DNA of 64,000 bases from Azolla caroliniana (Eukaryota > Plantae > Polypodiophyta). Shown piece by piece: positions 1-12,000 of the stretch (position 1 is the first letter of the stretch; each line of letters starts with the position of its first letter). A program made the translations under genes and the position numbers. The stretch spans positions 806,001 to 870,000 of the forward strand of contig JBHGNT010000005.1 of assembly GCA_043228905.1 (NCBI GenBank), in the 5' to 3' direction. Below the pieces are notes generated by a model. The model did not search any database. It was given only the letters and a program-made list of their open reading frames with translations, and was not told the origin of the DNA.

Positions 1-42
1 ACTGGTGGATAAATGGAGTTAAATTTTGATGTTAAAATGCAG

Positions 43-3000
43 ATGCCGGGCACAATCATGGCCATGGCAAGAGTCAATCGTCCTGGCATTATGATCTATG
101 GCGGAACTATTAAGGTAATAATGTACATTAATTAAAGAACCGGCTATACCCCGAACAATCCCCATTTGTGTTGATTTCTAGAAATTAATGCGAGGAACAA
201 AAAGATATTATTTCATAAGGTTACAGAATACATGATTGTTGACTGGTCCATTTTGATTATGCTTTGTATGTAGAGTTTCCATCTTTCGATTCATGGTGCT
301 TTTTTTTTGTGGCAGCCTGGTTTATCGGAGGGGAACACCTATGACATAGTTTCGGCTTTCCAGGTATTTAAATCCAATATAAGGAGTACTAGTGTTCATC
401 TCTTGCATTGACTTGGGATTCTTTTATATCCCGTTTTCTATTCTATTTTGGTGGAAAGTCTAATGGTATGTGATTGCAATTTGGGAAGGTGTATGGTGAA
501 TATGTCAATGGATCTATTAGTGATGAACAACGCAAGAAAGTACTAAAGAACTCCTGTCCAGGAGCAGGGGCATGTGGGGGTATGTACACAGCAAACACTA
601 TGGCCACTGCCATAGAGACACTGGGGATGTCACTTCCTTACAGGTATTTACTTTCTACTAGTCGAAAATGATTAGCAGTACGGAATAATATGTACACATA
701 TATGTGGATAAATGTGTACATATGTATGGATGTGTATATGCCTGATGTCAGGAATTCTGAGGAGAAAGTTAACATTAATCAAATAAAACCAAAAAAATTG
801 AAAAAACATTAAATAAGGTCATAGAAGAGAACACAATGACATGACATTGGATGTGTGTATGTAAGCATGAATAAAAATTGGTCTGCGTGTATTATGTGTG
901 TACAATGTATGTATGCATAATAGTTTAGCTGTTCAGTGAAAGGATTTTCATGTAGGCATAAATATCTCTTTAAGCATATGAGTGAAAATGATGGATTCAA
1001 TCTGCATCTACTAATGTTTATATTTTATGATGGCTTATTTCAGTTCCTCCATTCCTGCTGAAGACCCTTTGAAACTCGATGAATGCCGCATGGCTGGGAA
1101 ATACATGTTAGAGCTTTTAAAGAAAGATTTGAAGCCTAGGGACATCATCACCAGAAAATCACTACACAATGCTATGGTTATGGTAATGGCTCTGGGTGGA
1201 TCAACAAATGCTGTCCTTCACCTTATTGCCATAGCTAGGTAAAGTTCTCTCTTTTTGACCTTATTCTTGTTTATAGATACAAAGTAACAAATGTTTCTGT
1301 GACCATTTGTTTTCAAATCGGAAAATGAAAATATTAATTTCTATATCTATGATGCATATTGAACATTGTACAGATCAGTGGGAATAGATTTGAAACTTGA
1401 TGATTTCCAGAAAGTGAGTGATAAGGTTCCCCTCCTTGCAGACCTCAAACCGAGTGGGAAATATGTCATGGAGGATCTTCACAAGGTAATTGATGATGCT
1501 AGATCATTGTAATAACATTCATGCATATGCAAGAATTAACCTATGTTTGGGGTATATTTTGAAAATTTTAATATCTTAGGTTGGAGGCACACCTGCAGTC
1601 ATTAAATACTTGCTAAAGAAGGGTTTCATTGATGGTGATTGTATGACAGGTTTATTTTTAAGCTCTTTCTTTTAGCATGATAATATTATCTTGACATAAA
1701 GCTGGGAAAAATTACTTTAAATATGCTTGTGTATAGGAGATTCATAAAAGTATTCTTGCTTATTTGAAAAGCATATTCAAAGCATATTCGAAGTATATTC
1801 TTTGTTTCTATGAATTCAGTAACTGGAAAAACATTGGCCGAAAATGTGGCTGGATGCCCAGCATTGTCAGAAGGCCAGGCAAGTTATGTAATCCTATTCT
1901 CTTTTGCTAACTCATGAAGATTGATCTTTTGAAGGGATCATTTGGCATGATTTTGCTTTGAAACTTTTGGCAGAAAATAATCTTACCAATTGAGAAGCCC
2001 GTTAAGGAAACTGGACATATTCAAATTTTATATGGAAATTTGGCTCCTGAAGGGTCTGTAGCCAAGATAACTGGAAAAGAGGGCATGTACTTTTCAGGTA
2101 GATATTCTTGTCATTGAATTGAGTGAACCTCTATTTCTTCGATATCTTATCCTAATACCTGTAACTTTTTGGACATTCACCCAAACGTTGCTAATATTTT
2201 CCACAAATTTGCGGCAATACCCTTAATATGCACTTTATACCAATTGGGGGTGTTGCAAAATTTGAAATTATACAGTTGTTCTTAGCGTGTTTTCTTGGTT
2301 TTGATTCAAATTGATTTGATTGCAATTTTCTTAGTTTCAACAACTATGGTTAAAATATAGCTTTTATCCCTTGTTAATCTACTATATATAGATATTGCAT
2401 AGTTTTTAAAAACACTATAGGTGTTCTGGTAAACGTCCAAAATGTAAGGATTTTTGGCTTGCCTTCCTTTGAATATATCTTATCTAATTGCAATTTCTTT
2501 TGCCTCAGTCATGGTTAAGTGATCAATGAAGAATTTTTCAGGTTCCGCTCGTGTTTTCGAAGGAGAAGAAGCAATGTTGAGTGCACTTTTAGAGAACCCA
2601 CAAAGTTTTAAAGTAAATAAAATTAAAAACTTTGGCTTCTTCAACCAAAAATCCCACGAAGTTTGGTTCATAACATAATGTTTGTGAAGTAGGGAACGGT
2701 AATAGTTATCAGAGGTGAAGGCCCGAAAGGTGGTCCTGGCATGCCTGAAATTACCAGATATATCCAGAATGATATGAAATAGGGTTTTAAAAATGATATT
2801 GGAAGAAACATTACGGGGTATCAGATATTGTTACGGTATCTAGAATTTTGAAAAACCAAATTGGATGAAGAAGTCTCTCTCCATGCCAAACTTGTGAATC
2901 TTCTAGCGACTAGGTGGCATCCACTCTTTAACTTTTTGTCACCTGACTTTAAAACTAGAAATTTGTTGTCTTCAATGATTCTTTGATGCAGCTCTCAAAT

Positions 3001-6000
3001 ACGCTTGTGTTTGGAGTGCAACTTGTGATTGTCCAGTGCTTCATGCTTCTGTAGCCCAATGTTCTTGGTAATACGAACTTGTATTCCATGAAAAAATATT
3101 GTGTTCAACCTCATACAGTAGTTGGACATGCAATTAAGTAAAAATGAATTTTCGAAATAACTCTCATTTCACTTATAGAGATGATGAATTTAGATGTTCA
3201 AGGTTAACCCCCAATGCAGGTAGGGGGTCCCATAGCACTTGTTCAAGATGGGGATACAATCACCATCAATGTTGACAAACGGACAATAGACTTGCGGGGA
3301 TTTCGCTGAAGCGGTAAGGTCTAACGTGGTGTACCTGTGGAACGGGTGTATAGACGCTAGCGAAACCAGGAGGGCCCTGGAACTGAACGTCGGGCAAGGG
3401 GGAATGAATCGGCTGATGGAAGAAGTGGCGGCTCGCCACGTGGAGACAGTCCACTACTCGGCGTCGGCAGGAATCCGGGTCGGGAGCGATGAAGGCCGGA
3501 AGACGAAGGACTCTGGGTTCTGGCCGTTGATGCTAGAAGGCCTCGCCGCCGTACGATTGAGGAAAGAGGAAGCGGACTACACGAAAAGACAGGTCCGGGA
3601 GGTAACTGGGTGGAGTGACCCGGTTGAAGAAAAGACGGGCTTCGTCGAAGCCGCGTGCCAGAACTACGAGGTTCTGATGGAAGAGAAGTGTGCGGGAGAG
3701 ACAGGAGGGGCTGGACCCTCGGAACGGTATGAGACCCGGTTCGGGCAGAGGTAGAATGATGCCGGTGCACCCGACGCACCGGATAAGGCCAAGAAGGCCG
3801 ATTACCGGTTGAGCACAAAGATCGAAAGGGCCACGGACCTACGAAAGGTCTTGGAGGAACGGATCCTCGACAACAAAGTGGAGCTGTCTTTGAGGGAAGT
3901 GCTCGGGATCGCCAAGAAGGAGTTCCACGACTCCATCGTAGACTTGGTGAAGCGAAAAAGGCTTTCGACGGAGCCGGAGACGGAGCCGGAGACGGAGAAG
4001 CCAGTGGAGGTGCGAACGACGCACCTAGAAGAGATGGCCCTGGAAGACGAGTTGGCGGAAAGCCACTATTCGAGGCTACATTGGGCCAGAGCCACTACGG
4101 AGACCCCCGTTAAGATCGGAGATGTCCAGGAGCCGGTGGTGGCGTTGGTAGACCACGGTTCGGAAATCAACCTGATGTCCATGGACTTTTACAAGAAGGG
4201 CAAGTGGCCGATCAACACCAAGCATGGGTGGAAAATACGAGCGGCGATGCGTGCCACGGAGGAGCTACACGGAGCCTGCCCAAATGTACGAGTGAAAATC
4301 GGTGATGTCGAGATCGATCATCACTTCTTTGTGTAGGAGACATCCTCGCACCCGGTGATACTCGGAGAACCATACATCACAACAGCACGAATGGAGACGA
4401 AGGTGCTGGACAACGGTTCGGTGTACGCGCGAGTCAAGAGCTAAGACATGCGTCACTCCGTTCAGTTTTTGACGGTCCGACCATACCGCGAGACCCTTGG
4501 CGGCGAAAATCGAGGGGATTTTTAAAGAGGGCTATCAAGGTGTGGGGCCGCGATAGTCCAGACACTCCGGAAAACCCCACACGTGTATTGTAGGCAGAAG
4601 AACTTGTACCATAGGTAGGAAGTTTTGGTTCTCCGATAGCGGAGGTTGTACAATAACCGGCGTCGCTGGTTGAGAGAAGAAGCGGGCAGAAGAGCAACTC
4701 AGGACATGCGGTGTTCTCGCCCCGGAAGAGGAAATCAACGGCGCCGTGGAGGCGGTCTCTCTTGACGACACCTTGGGGGAGTTATGGAAGGTGTTCGACG
4801 AGGGCCTTAGTGAAGACCGAACGATTCCGGTATGTTTGGAAAAGATGTACGAAGTCATCGCCGACTTCGATAGAGAACTGGACTCGGATCGGACGGCCCG
4901 AGTGGATACAAAGTACAAAATAGTGTATCGGAAGGTGAGGCCACTCAGGACACCCTTGCCGGAGGGCAACGAGTTACGAATGAAAGGGGTCGCGTCGGAC
5001 CCGAGTTTACGAGATCCGGCCAACATAGGACATCGATTCATCGACATAACGCTACGAGAGCTCAAGGTCGGTGGGGTGGCTTTCTATTGCTGGCGGAGGA
5101 GGACCGGTTTCGGGGAATTCTCGGGAGGCACGAAAAGGCCTTCGCATTCTCGCCGGAGGAAATCGGGTGCGTAGACCCGATGATTGTAGAATCGATGGTG
5201 ATCTTCACGGTACCGCATGTACTGTGGAATCTCAAACCGATTCCAGTACCCAGAGCTCACATCCCGAAGTTGATGGAGCTGCTTAAACAGAAGGTGGATA
5301 TGGTCATCCTCGAACCGTCGAGTGCCCCATATTCTAATTGGTGGTTTACCGTGCCCAAGAAGAACGGCACGTTGTGCTTCATTCAAGACCTGCAACCAGT
5401 CAACAAGGTGACCATTCGGAACGCAAGAATCGGACCGGCCATAGACGAGTTCACGGAGGCCTTCGCGGCCGTGTGCCGATTTCTGATCAAAGAAGTGGAA
5501 TGCAAGTACCGGTGCGTATGGAAGATCGTAGCCGACCGCGGAGAACTTAATGCACAAGAGGCTAAAGAGCTGTTTGACCGACTAGGTGTTAAACTCTCAC
5601 TCCCCACGACGTACAATCCGGAGGCGAACAAGGTGGAATGCGGACACGGGCTGATCGTCAAAGCGTTAGTGCGGGTATGCGAAGGCCAAGTCAGAAATCG
5701 GTCGTGACTCCTACCCTATGCGTTGTGGGCCGACCGAACTACGCACAGTTCGGTAACCAGGTTCATGCCGACGGAGTTGATGTACGGGCAGAAGCCGGTC
5801 ATGCCAATGGAGCGAACGATCTCCTCATGGGCTGCGGTGGACTGGAAGGACGAGAAGGCATGGATTCGACAGCTCGAGCGAAGACCGGAGGATGTGGAAC
5901 GAGCCATGGAAAAGCCGTGGACCGCGAGGGTGAAGAACAAAGAACGATTCGACAGGACCCACCGACTACGGCCGAGGAAAATCGAGGAAGGCGACTGAGT

Positions 6001-9000
6001 TCTGGTATATGACAGCAGCCTCGACAACCAGCTCAAGGCAATACGGAAGTTTGTAAGGAGGTGGTTTGGGCCTTATGTGGTGGCAGGCGCCAACGACAAT
6101 GGGACCTACCATCTCACGGAGCTCGACGGTATGAGGATGGCGATACCGGTGGTGGGAAAAAGGATCAAAGCATTTAAAAAGCAGCACGAGGATGAATCGG
6201 ACCCGGAAGACCCGGAAGACTTGGATAATGAGGACGACCGGCTCAGAGCGAATGGAGATCCGGAGGATGAAGGGTAAGCACGGGCCGGTCTTCTCTAACA
6301 AGAGTCTATTTTGGCGCATACTGGTGGATGCGCGGTTAGATGGGGGCGGATGTCGTGGAGAAAACCGTCCCTAGCCGGAATCGGAGAATAATGAGCATGA
6401 ATCGGCCCTTACACGCGGGCACAAGTTTTGTTATAATATATATAAATAGGTACAAGGCGGCTGATATAAATATCTTGGATAACACGCATTTGTTAGGTAG
6501 AAAATCGAGGCGTATCTTTGTCCGAAAGGACAGAGAATAAAGATGATGTAACGACCTCTCTCCTTGGGATATAAAAGAGAGGGAGAGGAATCGCAGAGGG
6601 GTTTTTTTTTTTGTCGAGGACGAAGTGCTCCCGGACTAGAGACCAAGCTCTGCTCCTCCGGCTTTCGATATCTTTCTCTGTGCAGGGTTTTGAGAGTCTA
6701 AATTTGCTCCGCGGAACGCTCGTGTGCTTCCGACAAGGTCTCCATCTCACTCTTCTGTGTGTGTGTGTGTGCGTGGTCGTGAGAGATTGTTGCGCACCAT
6801 CCCACCAGTTGTAACCCCTTTTTGTTTGATATATTTATACACATACGAACATTTGTCTTCTTCCAATCGATCACGGTTTCTGTGTATTTGTCTATGTGTG
6901 TGGACGCACGACCGATGTCTTTCTTGCTCCTACTCCTGATCGATTATTCCTCGGTCCAAGTCCCCCGCGGTCCTGCCTCATTCTGTACGCACGCGCGTAA
7001 CAACGCGACACCGGAGAGCTCACTGAACTCGTTCGGAAACTGCGGTTGAAGTTTGCCATGAAGGACCTCGGTTCGGCAAGACACATACTTGGTATAAAGA
7101 TTAGTCGGCATCGCGATAAACGACAACTTTTCTTGTCTCAAACCGACTACATTGGATGTGTCTCTGAATGCTTCAACATGCACTCGACCAAGTCTGCTTT
7201 GACCCCGCTCCCCATTAACCTTCGGCTGTCTCAGCGAGACTGCCCGACGTCCGGTCCAGAGGGGAAAGATATAAAGTCGGTATCATATGCACTGGCAGTC
7301 GGTTCCCTTATGTACGCAATGGTCATGACACGGCCTGACCCCGCTCCCCATTAACCTTCGGCTGTCTCAGCGAGACTGCCCAACATCCGGTCTGGAGGGG
7401 AAAGATATAAAGTCGGTATTTTATGCACCAGCAATCGGCTCCCTTATGTACGCAATGGTTACGACACGGCTTGATATTTCTCACATCGTAGGAGTCGTTA
7501 GCAGATTCATGCACAACCTAGGCCGATCGCATTGGAACGCAGTCAAGCATGTGTTCAGATATCTAGTTGGCACAAAAGACCACGACATTCTTTTTGGCCC
7601 AAACTCAACCTCAGGCGTAGTCGGTTACACCGACTCAGACTTCGCTGACTGCGTGGACAGTCGGAAATCAACAACCGGATATTGTTTCAAATTCGGCAAT
7701 GGAGCAATCTTGTGTAAAATTTGAAATTATATAGTTGTTCTTAGGGTGTTTTCTTGGTTTTGATTCAAATTGATTTGATTGCAATTTTCTTAGTTTCAAC
7801 AACTATGGTTAAAATATAGCTTTTATCCCTTGTTAATCTACTATATATAGATATTGCATAGTTTTTAAAAACACTATAGGTGTTCTGGTAAACGTCCAAA
7901 ATGTTAAGGATTTTTGGCTTGCCTTCCTTTGAATATATCGTATCTAATTGCAATTTCTTTTGCCTCAATCATGGTTAAGTGATCAATGAAGTCTTTTTCA
8001 GGTCCCGCTCGTGTTTTCGAAGGAGAAGAAGCAATGTTGAGTGCACTTTTAGAGGACCCACAAAGTTTTAAAGTAAATAAAATTAAAAACTTTTGCTTCT
8101 TCAACCAAAAATCCCATGAAGGTTGGTTCATAACATAATGTTTGTGAAGTAGGGAGCGGTAATAGTTATCAGAGGTGAAGGTCCGAAAGGTGGTCCTGGC
8201 ATGCCTGAAATGCTCACACCAACGAGTGCTATCATGGGAGCTGGACTTGGAAAGGTGCGGTAATTAGTATGTCAGAACTCTTGTTTACACTTATAAATGT
8301 CATTGAGATTATTGAATATATAGTAACCATTCGGTTAAGTGCGCACTTTGAACGCAAGGAAGAAGTGCACACTTAACTGAACCACACACTTAGGGCTTTT
8401 TTACTCGAATCTTTTTTTCCCCAATTTTTTTTTCTTCTCATGCAAAACTTGTTTCGTAAAAACCATTCTTCTGGTTTTTCTTCTACAATAGAACTTTAAC
8501 TCATAGGAAGCTAAACAAGTTTTTAATTAGTCTGTCAAGCTTGATCACTCTCACCTATTGTGGTAATCTATTCGTTGTTCTATTCTCCAATAAAACTTGA
8601 GCATTTCGTATGTTGAAGATTGTTCTAATTTGTTTATAGAATTTTTTAGCTAATGGAAGTGATTTTCAAGGTTTCAACCCTAGGAAAACCTTTTCTTTAA
8701 TGTGAAATTGCAAGTTTTTTCTCTTATGGATGTTGAGTAATTGGAACTATCATCTTGAAAGCAACTATTTTTGACCCTACAATCCAGTTTATGGAGCTTT
8801 ATAGGCGCAAATATATTATGAAATTTGTGTTTTCTTGCATGGATTAGAACTCTGCATAAAGTAAGAAGAAGATGAACCAGAAAGGAGAGGGAGCAAGGAG
8901 AAGGAATTACAAGAAAGAAATAAAAGAAGGAAGTAGAAGATGATGAAGAGGGAAAGGGGAAGTAGAAGGAATAATAAGAATTAAGAACTCATTAGAAGAA

Positions 9001-12000
9001 GGGAAGGAGTATTAGTACCAACAAACATCATGAAAAGGAAATACATACTATAAAAGAAGAAGAATCAAGGAGATGCAATGGATCAAGAAGAACGAAACAA
9101 ATTAGGATCAATAAGAATCGAGAAAAATTAGTGGTAGAGGATAGAATAAGGAAAAGAAGGAAGAAGAATAAGAAGCATAAGAAGAAGCATCAATAACAGG
9201 AAGCAATAGAAAGAGTAATGGGGTAAGGAAGTAGTAGGAAGGAGGGAACGAAGAGGAATAAATGATATCACTCAATGTGAAATTAGCTAATTAGCATACA
9301 TATCACTCAATGTCAAATTGGCTAATTAGCATACATATCACTCAATGTCAAATTGGCTAATTAGCATACATATCACTCAATGTGCAATAAATCTGATTTT
9401 TGTATGATTTTATTGTTTTCTTAATGTTTGGAACATAGTTTAAATTTGGTTAGATGTAATTTCATCATGAAACAATGTAATTTGATCGGGATTTTGACCT
9501 CTATAAAATGTGCACTTAATAGAATGGCACACTTAAGTGGGCACACACTTAACCAAATGGTTACTGTATATGATATAAATTTCGTGTCAACCAGTTTTAT
9601 GTTAGAGAAACCATCTGTAAGGGACATATTTTGCATTAAAGGTTTTCATATCTATTGAAACTTAGAAAAATCCTCTAGTTTGTCATTATTTTGAATATCA
9701 ACTGGCTTTTATCCATATAAGTTTAATGAAATTATAGTTTTATGTAGAGAAAACATATTGTTGGGAAATTTGGTCCCTCTAGATGGGAATCGGACGAGCT
9801 GGAGGAAGAAACCAGACCGGAAGGTATCCGACTGGATCCGGTGTGAATTAGAAGTAGGGAAATATTAGTAAATATGTTTGGATGCGTTTGTTGAGGCTAT
9901 ATTTAACAATCGGCAACAGTTCGGTTTGAACTGAACCGAACCGCAAAACCGCGGTTTAACGGCTTAACAGTTTCAACAGTTCGGTTCGGTTTCAACAGTC
10001 AAAAACCGCGGTTTAAACGGTTTTTTATTTTTATTTTAAAAAAATTTTAAAAATTGTTTTTAAACAATCTTTTCATTTTTAGACCTTATTCTCACATTTT
10101 AGGAACATCTTAAAAATTTTAAAATTTAATAAAAATGAAATATTATAAATTTTAAAAAATAAAAAATTTGACCTATGTTGAAAAACCGAAACCAAACCAT
10201 GAAACCACGGTTTTTACGGTTTAATGGTTTAAAGGTTTGAAAAATGATTACTGGTTCGGTTTAATGTTTTCATGTTTCGGTTCAGGTTTCAATAATATTA
10301 AATGGTTCGGTTTGGACCCTCTCAAATTGAACCAAACCAAACCGTTGCCGATTGTTAGCCATATTTGTAAATAGCCCTTGTCATGAATTGAGAGTAGGAG
10401 AGATCAAAGGTTACAAAGAGTAGGCTAAGAGGCTGAAGACTGGCGTTGAACCGAATGAGTTGTAATGAATAAATAGACACTTATTTATAGGTCTTTATGG
10501 AGTATTCTAGAATGTTCTCGAATATTTAAGATATTTAATATAATCATGGAATATTTTAGAATGTTCTAGAATACTCTAAATATCTTGTAATAACTAATAA
10601 TATTATTATTATGAGTATACAACATATATGTTATTATAATGGTTAAAAGGTCTAACACATGGACAAAGACGTTGTGGGTTCGAATCCTTGGAAGCGAAAT
10701 TGTATGTCATGAAACTCTAAATATCTTGTAATAACTAATAATATAATTATTATGGCTATACATCATATATGTTTTTTTATAATGGTTAAAGGTCTAAACA
10801 CATAGACAAAGATGTTGTGGGTTCGAATACTTGTAAGCCAAACTGTATGTCTTCATGACATTATCCCCCTTTTCGACGACGAGTTCCACGAGTCAAAAGA
10901 CAAGACTTTGAACTGGGCTTATGAGGATATTTGTTGTGAAATGCAGCAACCATGTTGGAGGCATTAGCAAGATTCTCAGGAGGCTCCCATGTTCGCTCAT
11001 TAGGTGTATAACCAAACCAGTCAACCAAATAATACATTTTGTTGCGGATGACCTTGGAGTCGAGAATGAGAACAACTTCATAATCAGATACATTAGAAAC
11101 TTCGATTGGAGGTGGGGGAGATGTAAGACGACCCGGAATAGAGTTTCTTGCCATTGTTGATTCTTTTCAACAATGGTATCATTTCTTGGAGGGTTCTTCT
11201 CAACATATCATTGTTTACGATGATCACAAAAAGCTAACGTACTTCCAACGTGCTCGAGTCTTGAGTCGTCGACAAGCTTGTTGGGCGCAATTCTTAACTC
11301 GTTTTGATTTTGTCATTCTATATTGCCTTGGTTTGAACTGAATGAGTTGTAATGAATGAATCGACACCTATTTATAGGTCCTTATGGAGTATTCTAGAAT
11401 GTTCTAGAATATTTATGATATTTAATATAATCATGGAATATTCTAGAATGTTCTAGAATACTCTAAATATTCTGTAATAACTAATAATATAATTATTATG
11501 ACTATACAACATATATGTTATTATAATGGTTAAAGGTCTAACAATAGACAAAGACGTGGGTTTGAATCATTGTAAGCGAAATTGTATGTCATGAAACTCT
11601 AAATATCTTGTAATAACTAATAATATAATTATTATGACTATACATTATATATGTTTTTATAATGGTTAAAGGTCTAACACATAGACAAAGACATTGTGGG
11701 TTCGAATCCTTGTAAGCCAAACTGTAGTGAATTTTTTTTAGTATTGTACAGTGTGAGTGAGTGTTAGTCATCTCGTTGAGTGAGTTGTGGGTGGAATTGC
11801 ATATAGCAAGTGCGAGGTTGTTGCCTTTGCAGCAGGGCAGCCATAGCCAAAGAGAGAGAGAGAAAGAAAAAGAGGTAGCGAGAGCTTCTCCATTATAACC
11901 GGTTGTCGACAAAGTGTACGAGCTCAAGTTGGTGCCTGCGAGTTCGTTCCTTGTATATTTCTCTCATAGTGATTTGTTCGGTGTTTGTGGACACTCGTGG

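Noticed and set aside
2542-3294. A second functional DHAD paralogue (e.g. an inhibitor-resistance copy)
   Set aside because: The copy lacks the TDGRFSG exon, is truncated in two exons and hits stops. No biosynthetic cluster genes lie nearby.
8860-9260. Purine-rich Glu/Lys/Arg-like stretch as a coding exon
   Set aside because: Frequent stops, and it is low-complexity interior of the TIR element.
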